Assembly (NCBI GenBank): GCA_963727815.1
Contig: CAVSGV010000001.1
Location: 12,055-76,054, forward strand
Direction: 5' to 3'
Source of the DNA: an uncultured bacterium
Lineage (GTDB): Bacteria; Margulisbacteria; WOR-1; CAVSGV01
Length of the DNA: 64,000 bases
Below are positions 12,051 through 21,117 of the stretch, piece by piece. The notes beneath the pieces were generated by a model. The model had not been told where the DNA came from and did not search any database. It saw only the letters and a program-made list of their open reading frames with translations. Each line of letters starts with the position of its first letter. Positions within the stretch are counted from its first letter, which is position 1. Position numbers and translations under genes: made by a program.

Positions 12051-12079
12051 ATTTTATTACAATCGCTTTTTCTTGTCAA
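12051..12079 (-). promoter_or_regulatory. Candidate sigma70-type promoter of the rpmG-secE-nusG-rpl cluster
   Basis: On the minus strand: TTGACA (12079-12074), a 17-nt spacer, then TAAAAT (12056-12051). It lies about 90 nt upstream of the rpmG ATG. This is a sequence match only. Confidence 0.4.
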
Positions 12080-12088
12080 GCGTTATTT

Positions 12089-14320
12089 TCAGATCTTTTT
12101 CCTGTATTCCTTTGCCGCCAAAACCATGTTCTTTAATGAGGGAACTGTCTCTTTATATCCCCTCGTCTTTAAGCCGCAATCAGGATTTATCCACAGCTGT
12201 TCCGGCTTCAGGTTCTTAAGGCTTTCTTTGATAAGCAACGACATTTCTTCCACTGTAGGCACCGCGGGGCTGTGAATGTCATAAACGCCGGGGCCTATCC
12301 CCTTCTTGTACTTGTATTTCTTGAAGACCTCGAGCAGCTCGCCTTTGCTCCTTGAATTCTCGATGGATATGACGTCAGCGTCCATGAGATCGATGTATTT
12401 GATGATCTCGTTGAAGTTGGAATAGCACATGTGCGTGTGTATCTGCGTCCCGTCAGCAACGCCCGATGCTGACAGCCGGAACGCTTTCACGCCGAAATCG
12501 AAATACGCGAGCTTCTTGTCGTTCTTTATGGGCGCGCCTTCCTGCAGGGCTGGTTCGTCTATCTGGATGACCTTTATTCCCTTCTTTTCCAGGTCGATGA
12601 CCTCGTCGTTCAAGGCGAGAGCTATCTGGTACGCTATGTCTTTCTTGTGGATGTCGTCACGGACGAACGACCAGCTGATTATGGTCATGGGCCCGGTGAG
12701 CATTCCTTTCATGGGTCTCTTGGTCAGCGACTGCGCGAATAATATTTCATCGAGCGTCATCGGCCTCATCCTTTTCACGTCCGCCCAGATTATCGGAGGC
12801 TTTACGCATCGTGAACCATATGAGACGACCCAGCCGTTGAGCGACGTTGTGAACCCGGAAAGTTTTTCTCCGAAGAACTCCACCATGTCCGTCCTCTCGA
12901 ATTCGCCGTGGACCAGAACGTCCAGGCCGATCTCCTCCTGCAAACTCACGACTTTTTCGATCTCACTCTTTATGAAATATCTGTAATCCGCTTCGCTGAT
13001 CTTCCCTTTCCTGTATTCCATCCTTTTCACTCTGACTTCTTCCGTTTGCGGGAAGCTGCCAATGGTCGTAGTCGGAAGCAGCGGCAATTTGAATTCATCC
13101 CTTTGTATCTTGCTCCTTACCGAGTAGATCGACTTTCTCTTGAAATCGGCGGGTTTCAGTTTCTTCATTCTCGCGTGTACTTCCTTCAGGTTGCGTTCAA
13201 CGCAATACTTCAACTCTTTCAGTTTGTCCGAGTTATCAGCCAGCTGCTGCTTTACTGCGGAAGCTCCTCCGGTAAGAGCTTTCTTGATTATCAGTATCTC
13301 TTCTATCTTTTCGTCGGCGAACGCGAGGTTGTCTTTGCACACGTTCGGGAGGTTCGATTCGTATTTCATGGAGACCGGCACGTGCTGGAGGCTGCATGAC
13401 GGAGAGATGATGATCTCCTGCGGTTTTATCTTCTTTATTATCGCCTGGCAGAGAGCGATCTTCGCCTTAATATCCGATATCCAGATGTTCCGTCCGTTCA
13501 CCACTCCTGCCATGAGGACCTTGTCTTTCGGAAAACCGTATTTCTTTATGTTCGCCAGGTTCTCGGTATTGGATACGAAGTCCATGCCTACGCCGTGGAC
13601 GGGAAGGGCTATGACATCTTTATAATGTGTAATGGAATCGAAGTATGTGACCAGTATTATTTTCGCGCCTTTAACTTGTGAAAAGAAATCTTTCAGATGT
13701 TTCATGTCGCTCTTCGGCATGTCCGTTACGAGAGCGGGTTCCTCGATCTGGATGTACTCCACTCCTTCTTTCGCCAGCTCATTTATCAGCTGGACGTAAA
13801 GAGCGGATATCTTTTCGAACCATTTCCCGAACGACTTGTATCCCTTGGCAAGCTTGACGAAAGTATACGGGCCGACAAGAGTGACCTTGATATTGGAACC
13901 TTTATTCCTCCTGAACATCTCGACGAAACGGGAGCTGTTGAGTTTAGGTTCCATGTCTTCGGTAAGTTCGGGGACGAGATAGTGATAGTTGGTATTGAAC
14001 CATTTCGTCATCTCCATGGCCGATCTTCCGCGGGCCATTTCGAAATATAACTGTATATCATCCGAAAGATGGCGGAATCGTTTCGGTATCAGTCCGAACG
14101 CAACGGTAAGGTCCAGCATTCTGTCGTAGAACGTGGCGTCGCAGAGCGGGATAAGATCCAGCGAGCTCTGCTTGGTAAGGTTGTGGCGCATGAGCTGTTC
14201 GGCGTCTTTCAGGAGAGCATCCTTGCTGACCTCGCCCTTCCAGTATTGCTCAATAAGGAACTTAAGCTCCCTTTTTTCCCCGATGTACGGATATCCTATG
14301 GTAGTTGCCGTTACTTTCAT
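12089..14320 (-). CDS. metE: Cobalamin-independent methionine synthase (5-methyltetrahydropteroyltriglutamate-homocysteine methyltransferase)
   Basis: 743-aa two-domain ORF. The C-terminal zinc-site blocks HTHMCYSNF and INPDCGLKTRGY are typical of MetE. Confidence 0.95.
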   Translation of the reverse strand: MKVTATTIGYPYIGEKRELKFLIEQYWKGEVSKDALLKDAEQLMRHNLTKQSSLDLIPLCDATFYDRMLDLTVAFGLIPKRFRHLSDDIQLYFEMARGRSAMEMTKWFNTNYHYLVPELTEDMEPKLNSSRFVEMFRRNKGSNIKVTLVGPYTFVKLAKGYKSFGKWFEKISALYVQLINELAKEGVEYIQIEEPALVTDMPKSDMKHLKDFFSQVKGAKIILVTYFDSITHYKDVIALPVHGVGMDFVSNTENLANIKKYGFPKDKVLMAGVVNGRNIWISDIKAKIALCQAIIKKIKPQEIIISPSCSLQHVPVSMKYESNLPNVCKDNLAFADEKIEEILIIKKALTGGASAVKQQLADNSDKLKELKYCVERNLKEVHARMKKLKPADFKRKSIYSVRSKIQRDEFKLPLLPTTTIGSFPQTEEVRVKRMEYRKGKISEADYRYFIKSEIEKVVSLQEEIGLDVLVHGEFERTDMVEFFGEKLSGFTTSLNGWVVSYGSRCVKPPIIWADVKRMRPMTLDEILFAQSLTKRPMKGMLTGPMTIISWSFVRDDIHKKDIAYQIALALNDEVIDLEKKGIKVIQIDEPALQEGAPIKNDKKLAYFDFGVKAFRLSASGVADGTQIHTHMCYSNFNEIIKYIDLMDADVISIENSRSKGELLEVFKKYKYKKGIGPGVYDIHSPAVPTVEEMSLLIKESLKNLKPEQLWINPDCGLKTRGYKETVPSLKNMVLAAKEYRKKI

Positions 14321-14387
14321 ATTTTGGCCTCCCTGCCCGCCTGCCTGCCGTTTGGCATGGCCTCTGGCGGGCTTACATATATATACG

Positions 14388-14822
14388 CTATTCTAATGTC
14401 AGTTTAAGGACCAGGGCATCTTCGCCCGCCCTCGGATAATAGCCTTTTCTCCTGGCTATTTCCTTGAAGCCGAAACCGGAATAAAGCTTCCTTGCCGCTT
14501 CGTTCGTGTTCCTGACCTCCAGGAAGATCTGCTCTATCCCCTCTTTGCCAGCTAACTCGATCAGATAACTTATCAGCTTTGAAGCGATCCCGCGTCTCCG
14601 GAATTCCTTTTTTACGGCGAGGTCCGTAATGTGCCCTTCATCCAGGACCTTTTCGAAGACCACGAAACCGGTGATATCTTCATCGGACAGGCATATGAAA
14701 ACATCTTTATTGTTCGAGCTTATCGCTTCCACAAAAAGCTCTCTGTCCCACGGATCGGGGAAAGATCCTGCTTCTATCTCCGCGATATCCTCTACATCGG
14801 CCTCAGTTGCTTTTTTTATCAC
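14388..14822 (-). CDS. rimI: GNAT acetyltransferase, ribosomal-protein-alanine N-acetyltransferase type
   Basis: 144-aa ORF with the acetyl-CoA motif RRRGIASKLI and size and pattern typical of RimI. Confidence 0.8.
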   Translation of the reverse strand: MIKKATEADVEDIAEIEAGSFPDPWDRELFVEAISSNNKDVFICLSDEDITGFVVFEKVLDEGHITDLAVKKEFRRRGIASKLISYLIELAGKEGIEQIFLEVRNTNEAARKLYSGFGFKEIARRKGYYPRAGEDALVLKLTLE

Positions 14823-14940
14823 AAAACTCGCAGATTATAGCAGAAGGAAGGTTAAATCACAAAATATATTTTGGAGTGAGCTAATCTGTTTGTTCAAATT
14901 GCTTCCGAATATCGCGGAGATGAACTCTGCTCTTCCTTTG

Positions 14941-15019
14941 TGTAGGGACGGGGCTTGCTTGCCCGCCTCTGGAGGGTCCCCGTCCGTGGTCTTGGACAGC
15001 CATAAAGGCTATCCCTACA
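14941..15019. repeat. Nested inverted repeat (REP-like hairpin) just downstream of the array
   Basis: TGTAGGGACGGGG...CCCCGTCC...TCCCTACA. The outer 8-bp arms are TGTAGGGA/TCCCTACA and the inner arms GGACGGGG/CCCCGTCC. It lies in the rimI-array spacer. Confidence 0.4.
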
Positions 15020-15091
15020 TAATAGACCTTGCAACAAAAGAGCACAGCTTGACTGTGCGATTAATATCCTTTTCTTGAACCTGCCACTTCC

Positions 15092-17059
15092 CTATTTAAT
15101 CCCGTATCTGTCTTTTATCATCTTCAGCGTATCCGCATCCATCGTCGTATCTTCCATCAGATCCTGTATTTCATCTTTTGAAAGCTCTTTGTTATCTATC
15201 AAGGGTTTGCATTCATCAGGAAATGGGACTTTTTTCTGTTCATATATGATATCTTGTGTGACCATGTTGCCGGAATTGTTCTTTGCCTCAGCTCTAAACA
15301 CAATGGATGGAGCTGATATAACAAGGAATTTGTCAGATTGCGTTATGGTCCATACATCGGCTTTTGGCCGTAAAGAAAGATGCATCACCTGGCCGTTATC
15401 GATCTGTAAAAGGCCCGTATCGATCTGCGACAGGATAGCTTGCGGGTCCGAAGCGGTGATCGTTAAATTCTTTTTGTCCGTATTTATGACGATCTCAATC
15501 CCCTCCCCTGTTATAAGCTTTGTTTTGAACGTCGTGATATCCGGCATGAGCAGCCCGGCAGTCACGCCTTTAGGCCCTGAAGCATCGCTTGCGGAATAGA
15601 TCAGCTTGTAGAAAAAGGGAGTGCACAGGTGCTTGAATGGCAGTTTTATCTTGAAAGGTTCAAGGGCAAGGGATAACATTAGGGCATTCCTGTCGATCGT
15701 GATCGTCGTTGTTTCCGGAGTTCCGGAATTGCCTGCGTTGTCGATGGCATAGCATTCCAGAGTGGTCACGCCGTCTGTATTTACCGATAGTGTGCCTTTA
15801 TCTGAAGAGATGATCTGCTCATCATTTTCAGCGCCGGTCTTTTTATAATGTATCTCTTTCACTCCGGAGCCATATTCGTCATCCGTCGCAACAAGTGTCA
15901 CTGTGATAGCGCTATTGTTCACCCCATCGCTGTTCGGCGCAGGAGAAACGGAATTTCTGGTGGTCGGAGGGATCAAGTCTGTCTTGACCTTCATCACATC
16001 CAGGCTGTCCGCATGGAACTGGAGGTAATAGACGTTCTGATAGTCGTCGACGAAAATATCCCTCCTCATTAGAAGCGAATTGCCGGGAAATTGTGTCTGG
16101 CATACCAACTGTCCTTTTTGATTGAATTTATACACGTATTCGTCATAACTGGTATAAAAATATTTCCCTTTTATTAAAGTGTCCTCCCCGGGAGAGCGTT
16201 TCACATACGCCGCAACATAAACATTTCCGGCAAAGTCAACAACCCATTGGGAAACGCCACGGGAATTCTCAAGGTTTTTATATTCATCAGGGAAAGAAAC
16301 AATAAACTGTTTAACCTTCTGCTTCCGCGAATTATATATACTGACATCCGCTCCAGAAGCATAATCACCATAATAATTTGGCTTGCCGAAATAATATTTG
16401 AGCTGACCTTGTGAGTATACTGGATCGATCGAATAATAACTTCCCTTATTATCCAAATATAAGCTGGGAACATCTTCTAATAAGTTGCCATTATTGTCCA
16501 ATTTAAGGCATTTCGTTTCTGTATTTTTTTCCTTATGCATCGGGTTGTAATATGTTTTTAAATATATGTCACCCTGGGCATCAACGTATATTCCGCCCAG
16601 ACTAATTCCCTCATAACGATCATCCTTCCTCACGATATCGGATAACGATTTAATCCAGATCAACAAGCCCGTTTCATTTATTTTGGCGACATAATCTTTG
16701 CCTGCATAATTCATGCCAGCAAAATATATATTTCCTGCGGGATCAACCCATGCACACGTATCAATTCCATATAATGATGGATTGTTTGGGGATTGCGCCT
16801 TCCCTATATAACTTCCATTAATATTAAATTTCTGCAGATCGATGTAAACAAAGCCATTTTTGATGTCAATAAAAAAGTTGCTTGGGCCTTTAGACTCTCC
16901 TGCATCTTGAAGATTTGAAGGCGGTATCAACATATTGATCTGGCCATCTCCGTTTCCATATGGCAAAGAAAATAGCACTTCTTGCGCTCTTCCTTGACTT
17001 GGAATCAGTAAAATACATAAAAACATTATTACAAATATATTATTTTTATTCATGTTCAA
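15092..17059 (-). CDS. Array member P5: secreted propeller-like/Ig-like protein with a unique ~200-aa C-terminal extension
   Basis: 655-aa ORF with signal peptide MNMNKNNIFVIMFLCILLIPSQGRA/QE and recurring D-x-x-G-N-I-Y type strand motifs. VDDYQNVYYLQFHADSLDVMKVKTD is followed by an Ig-like module (ATDDEYGSGVKEIHY...AIDNAGN). It is paralogous to 17586-19074, 19618-21114, 21373-22866 and 23425-24873. Confidence 0.85.
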   Translation of the reverse strand: MNMNKNNIFVIMFLCILLIPSQGRAQEVLFSLPYGNGDGQINMLIPPSNLQDAGESKGPSNFFIDIKNGFVYIDLQKFNINGSYIGKAQSPNNPSLYGIDTCAWVDPAGNIYFAGMNYAGKDYVAKINETGLLIWIKSLSDIVRKDDRYEGISLGGIYVDAQGDIYLKTYYNPMHKEKNTETKCLKLDNNGNLLEDVPSLYLDNKGSYYSIDPVYSQGQLKYYFGKPNYYGDYASGADVSIYNSRKQKVKQFIVSFPDEYKNLENSRGVSQWVVDFAGNVYVAAYVKRSPGEDTLIKGKYFYTSYDEYVYKFNQKGQLVCQTQFPGNSLLMRRDIFVDDYQNVYYLQFHADSLDVMKVKTDLIPPTTRNSVSPAPNSDGVNNSAITVTLVATDDEYGSGVKEIHYKKTGAENDEQIISSDKGTLSVNTDGVTTLECYAIDNAGNSGTPETTTITIDRNALMLSLALEPFKIKLPFKHLCTPFFYKLIYSASDASGPKGVTAGLLMPDITTFKTKLITGEGIEIVINTDKKNLTITASDPQAILSQIDTGLLQIDNGQVMHLSLRPKADVWTITQSDKFLVISAPSIVFRAEAKNNSGNMVTQDIIYEQKKVPFPDECKPLIDNKELSKDEIQDLMEDTTMDADTLKMIKDRYGIK

Positions 17060-17068
17060 TCCTCCTGA

Positions 17069-17575
17069 TTAATGCAGAACTAGTCTTCTTGGCTCATAGT
17101 TTTGGCGATCATAATTGCTATAATTGGTCCAAATACTATGAACCCCATTTGATTCGGGCGTACTTGTCCCTTCCGAGGCAATGATCTGAATATCGTTTGG
17201 AACAGTCGTGTTATTGCTGCTGATCCAATTTTTAATACGATATATAGTCACCACATGTTCCCCAGCGTTCACTAGAACATCTCCAGGCTGAATAGTTCTT
17301 AAATCATCAATGCTTGTGGAATAGCTCTCATGTGTTAGGTCACCCGTAAATGCATGCCATGGCCTCCAATGATATCCGGCCAGCAATGCGCCTGCACAAA
17401 CAAGACCAGAACAGTCTGAGCCATAACCCTGATAGCCATCGTCTCCGCCTACTCCAGCCCCCTCTTTTCCTCCGAACCAGTAACCGCCCCACTCATATGG
17501 TGAAAAGGGAGATGATGAGGCGATGAGATGACGAGGTGCAGGCAAGGGAAAAACGCCCGACATTTTCGTTGGCAT
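17069..17575 (-). CDS. Array member N4: small NlpC/P60-family peptidase, no signal peptide
   Basis: 168 aa with PYEWGGYWFGG...GYGSDCSGLVC (catalytic Cys context) and GEHVVTIY (catalytic His context). The N-terminus MPTKMSGVFPLPAPRHLIASSSP has no hydrophobic h-region. Confidence 0.85.
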   Translation of the reverse strand: MPTKMSGVFPLPAPRHLIASSSPFSPYEWGGYWFGGKEGAGVGGDDGYQGYGSDCSGLVCAGALLAGYHWRPWHAFTGDLTHESYSTSIDDLRTIQPGDVLVNAGEHVVTIYRIKNWISSNNTTVPNDIQIIASEGTSTPESNGVHSIWTNYSNYDRQNYEPRRLVLH

Positions 17576-17585
17576 ATTACCTTCT

Positions 17586-19074
17586 TTATTTCTTGCCGCG
17601 GATCCTAATCGTTGCAGTTTCTGACGACCCTATATTCTCAGCATAATCCACCGCATATGCTTTTATTGCCGTGGTCCCTTCAGCGCTTATTGCAAATGTC
17701 GCCTCGCTTGTCGTAAGCACTTCCTCGGCCGACACAGCTCCCGTCAATGAATAGTGTAATTCTTTCACTCCAGACCCCCATTCATTGTCCCTGGCGGTCA
17801 AAATGGCCTGAACTGCACCTATGTACCACTCGTCTTTGTCCTTATGCGGCTTTTTATCGTTCTTGTCATGGTCGGCCCCTTCTTTGCCCTTGCCCAGCTT
17901 ATCGTCTTTGTTTTGCTTTCCCCTGTCGTCCTTATCCTTGTCGTTGTCTAAACGTTCCGGCTTAATGGCTATATCCACTTCTGGTGAGATTGTGTCTGTC
18001 TTGACCTTCATCACATCCAGGCTGTCCGCATGGAACTGGAGATAATAGACGTTCTGGTAGTCGTCCACGTGGATCTTTCTTGTTCAAATCTACTGGATAA
18101 CCCGGGAACATAAATTGGGATACGAGCTTCCCTTGCCGATCAAACTTATAAACAAAATAATCGTCAGGGATAAGAAACACGTCATCTAAAAGCTTGATCA
18201 TTTTATCAGGGTCCCTGATTACAAATGCTGCAACATATATATTACCCTTGAGATCAACCTCCCATTGGTAAACCCCGCGATAATTATTAGATCGCATAAA
18301 ATCTGCAGGCAGGGAAATTTTGAGCTTCTTGTGAAATTGCTTCTCGGGATTTAGAATGCTAATGTCAGCCCCGGACTTGTAATCACCAGCATATTTCTCA
18401 CCCCAGGCATATAAATTCCCCGTGGAATAAATTGTATTAAATACATAATAGTTGCCATCCTTATCTAAGTGAAAACTTGGCACCTCTCCTAATAAGCTAC
18501 CATTTTGATCTAATTTAAGATATTTTGTCTCCGCAGATTGATTTTGTGGATTTGCTCTATACCATACTTCAAGATAGATATTTTCTTGATCATCAACATT
18601 GATTCCTCGAGCTATATCTTCATAGCTTTTGTTATGCGCAACAATTTCTTGTAATGATTTACTCCAGATCATTGAGCCATCCTTATTTGTTTTGGCTATT
18701 TGATTAGAGTTGTTATGTAAATCACTAAACCCCGAAACATAAACATTCTCTTCCGAATCCACCCACGAACAGGTTCGTATCCCACTGAAAGGCTGATTCT
18801 CTTCGTACTTAATTTTACCTATGAATTCACCATTAGTTTTATATTTTTGTAAATCTACATAAACCACATCATGTTTAATGTCCACAAAAAACCAGCCCGG
18901 GCCTGAAGCATCTCCTTGTTCCTGAAGATTGGGGTCAGGTATATACATATATACTTGGCCGGCCTGTTTACCATAAGGCACAGAAAAAAGAACTTCTTGA
19001 GCGAAAACCCTGTTAGGCATAAGTAAAACACAAATAATTATAATGAGGAAAATAATGTTTTTTTTCATTTTCAA
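17586..19074 (-). pseudogene. Array member P4: propeller/Ig paralogue interrupted by a frameshift near 18075
   Basis: ORF 17962..19074 covers the signal peptide and propeller part, ending ...FPGYPVDLNKK then out-of-frame DPRGRLPERLL. ORF 17586..18068 (…VDDYQNVYYLQFHADSLDVMKVKTDTISPEV...IRIRGKK) continues the paralogue alignment in another frame. A single extra G at about 18075 separates them. Confidence 0.75.
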
Positions 19075-19085
19075 CCCCCTGATTT

Positions 19086-19601
19086 TTAATGCCTCGCGAG
19101 TTTTCGAGCTAGATATCCTATTTTAGGATCCAAATAATCCTTAAATAATTTTTTGCCTGTCAAAATAGTAACGCCATTTGAATAAGACGCCTTGAGAATA
19201 TTGCCTTCTGAGGCAATAACACTGATTTCATTCGGTGTACCATCAGCTTCTCTGCTACTTATCCCATAAACTGTCACTACATGCTCATCTGGATTAACTA
19301 AAATATCCCCCGGCTGCAAATCTTTCAGATTTGTTATTTTCCTGGAATAATACTCATTAGTCAATGTTGCAGTATAAGGGCGCCACGGTTTCCAATGATA
19401 TCCCGCCCGCAAGGCCCCAATGCTAACTAATCCCGAACAATCTATCCCATATCCTTCATAGGATACATGGCCGCCGACATCGTTCCCTTCTTGCCCTCCA
19501 AACCAATATCCGCCCCACTCATAAGGTGGAAAGGGAGATGATGAGGCGATGAGATGACGAGGTGCAGACGCAGGCAAGGGAAGAACCCCCGACATTTTCA
19601 T
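19086..19601 (-). CDS. Array member N3: small NlpC/P60-family peptidase, no signal peptide
   Basis: 171 aa: MKMSGVLPLPASAPRHLIASSSPFPPYEWGGYWFGG...GYGIDCSGLVS...DEHVVTVYG. Confidence 0.85.
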   Translation of the reverse strand: MKMSGVLPLPASAPRHLIASSSPFPPYEWGGYWFGGQEGNDVGGHVSYEGYGIDCSGLVSIGALRAGYHWKPWRPYTATLTNEYYSRKITNLKDLQPGDILVNPDEHVVTVYGISSREADGTPNEISVIASEGNILKASYSNGVTILTGKKLFKDYLDPKIGYLARKLARH

Positions 19602-19617
19602 AGGGATATGACCTTGT

Positions 19618-21114
19618 TTATTTCTTGCCGCGGATCCTTATTGTAGCTGTTTCTGCATTCCCAACATTCTCCGCGTTATCCACCGCATATGCATTTATTA
19701 CCGTAGTCCCTTCAGCGCTTATTGCAAATGTCGCCTCGCTTGTCGTGAGCACTTCCTCTGCCGACACAGCTCCCGTCAATGAATAGTGTAATTCTTTCAC
19801 TCCAGACCCCCATTCATTGTCCCTGGCGGTCAAAATGGCCTGAACTGCACCTATATACCACTCGTCTTTGTCCTTATGCGGCTTTTTATCGTTCTTGTCA
19901 GGGCCGGCCCCTTCTTTGCCCTTGCCCAGCTTATCGTCTTTGTTTTGCTCTCCCCTGTCGTCCTTATCCTTGTCGTTGTCTAAACGTTCCGGCTTAATGG
20001 CTATATCCACTTCTGGAGAGATAGTATCCGTTTTAATCTTCATGATGTTCAAATGGTCGGCATAGAACTGGAGGTAATAGACGTTCTGGTAGTCGTCGAC
20101 GTGGATTTTGTCGCTTAAATCTACAGGATACCCGAGGAATTTAAACAGAGATACAAGCTTGCCTTGCCGATCGAACTTGTAAACATACAGATTTTGTCCG
20201 ATAAAAAAACCGTTGCCTACCAGTTTAATAATTTTATCCGGAGCATATTTTTCAAAGGCAGTTATATATATATTGCCTGCAGGGTCAATATCCAATTGGG
20301 AAATACCGCGATAATCTTCAAGCTTTTTAAACTCGCTGGGCAGAGAAATGCTAATTTTCTTTAATAATTTATTGTCAGGATTAAAAATATCAACATCGGC
20401 ACCTGATTCATAATCGCCAAAATAGTTCGGATCGCCCGAAAAATAACTCAGCTTTCCTTTTGAAGAGGTTGGATAAAATACATAATAATTCCCATTCTTA
20501 TCCAGCTGATAGCTCGGTACGTTCCCCAGATAATTGCCGTTCTTGTCTAATTTAATATATTTAGTTACCCCCATTTCATCGTTGGGATTTGCCCTGAAAT
20601 AAACTTCAAGATATATGTCACCCGAAGCATCCACATAAATGCCCCTATCAATATCTTCATACCGCTTATCATCCCCCACGATTTCCCGCAATGATTTGCT
20701 CCAAATCACTGAACCACTTTTGTTTAACTTCGCAATATAACTATCCCCAGCAGTATTCGCTCCGGAAAAATAAATATTTTCTTCTGTGTCCACCCAGGAA
20801 CAGGTTAATATGCCTTCAAACAATGGGTTCTCTTTGGTTATAATTCTACCAATGTACGCTCCATCAGTAGTAAATTTCTGCAAATCTATATAAACAATAT
20901 TATGAATAATATCGACAAAAAAACGACCCGGCCCCGAAGCATCACCTTGGTCCCGAAGATTGGGGTCGGGTATATACATATGTACTTGAGCACCTTGTTC
21001 GCCATAAGGTACTGAAAAAAGTAACTTTTCTGCAAACATTTTATTGGGAAAAAGAAAAATTCCGATAATCAGCACAAAATAGCCAATTTTTTTGTAGAAA
21101 ACATTTATCTTCAT
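19618..21114 (-). CDS. Array member P3: secreted propeller-like/Ig-like protein
   Basis: 498 aa with a signal peptide (…IGIFLFPNKMFA/EK). Repeated motifs are FFVDIIHNIVY, SWVDTEENIYF, IYVDASGDIYL, QLDKNGNYYVF, DIDPAGNIYITAF, KFDRQGKLV and HVDDYQNVYYL. It also has a Lys/Asp-rich linker and an Ig-like C-terminus. Confidence 0.88.
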   Translation of the reverse strand: MKINVFYKKIGYFVLIIGIFLFPNKMFAEKLLFSVPYGEQGAQVHMYIPDPNLRDQGDASGPGRFFVDIIHNIVYIDLQKFTTDGAYIGRIITKENPLFEGILTCSWVDTEENIYFSGANTAGDSYIAKLNKSGSVIWSKSLREIVGDDKRYEDIDRGIYVDASGDIYLEVYFRANPNDEMGVTKYIKLDKNGNYLGNVPSYQLDKNGNYYVFYPTSSKGKLSYFSGDPNYFGDYESGADVDIFNPDNKLLKKISISLPSEFKKLEDYRGISQLDIDPAGNIYITAFEKYAPDKIIKLVGNGFFIGQNLYVYKFDRQGKLVSLFKFLGYPVDLSDKIHVDDYQNVYYLQFYADHLNIMKIKTDTISPEVDIAIKPERLDNDKDKDDRGEQNKDDKLGKGKEGAGPDKNDKKPHKDKDEWYIGAVQAILTARDNEWGSGVKELHYSLTGAVSAEEVLTTSEATFAISAEGTTVINAYAVDNAENVGNAETATIRIRGKK

Positions 21115-21117
21115 TTT

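Noticed and set aside
14321-14387. A possible riboswitch (SAM or cobalamin) leader in front of metE.
   Set aside because: Only about 67 nt separate metE from the upstream rimI stop, which is too short for those aptamers. I see no conserved riboswitch core.
14823-15091. I looked for mobile-element hallmarks (integrase, transposase, att-like direct repeats, tRNA fragment) at both borders of the array. The other border is 28330-28516.
   Set aside because: None was found. There is only a REP-like hairpin and a small palindromic motif, and the nearest tRNA (Trp, 11717-11790) is 3 kb away with intervening housekeeping genes. I therefore make no genomic-island or mobile-element call.
15912-16473. 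Minus-strand ORFs 15912-16103 and 16201-16473 inside P5. The first has a tail (…LLPPVPCGQPGCDEGQDR…) resembling the out-of-frame tail of P4.
   Set aside because: They are alternative-frame readings of the same conserved DNA (VDDYQNVYYLQF... region). The similarity reflects nucleotide conservation, not a real overlapping gene.
17747-19997. Two nearly identical plus-strand 72-aa Cys/Pro-rich ORFs (17747-17965 and 19779-19997) and similar ones at 17821-18045 and 19868-20065. At first sight they look like a conserved small-protein family.
   Set aside because: They lie exactly antisense to the conserved C-terminal module of the P genes. Their conservation is fully explained by the minus-strand coding sequence. 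They have no RBS and odd composition.
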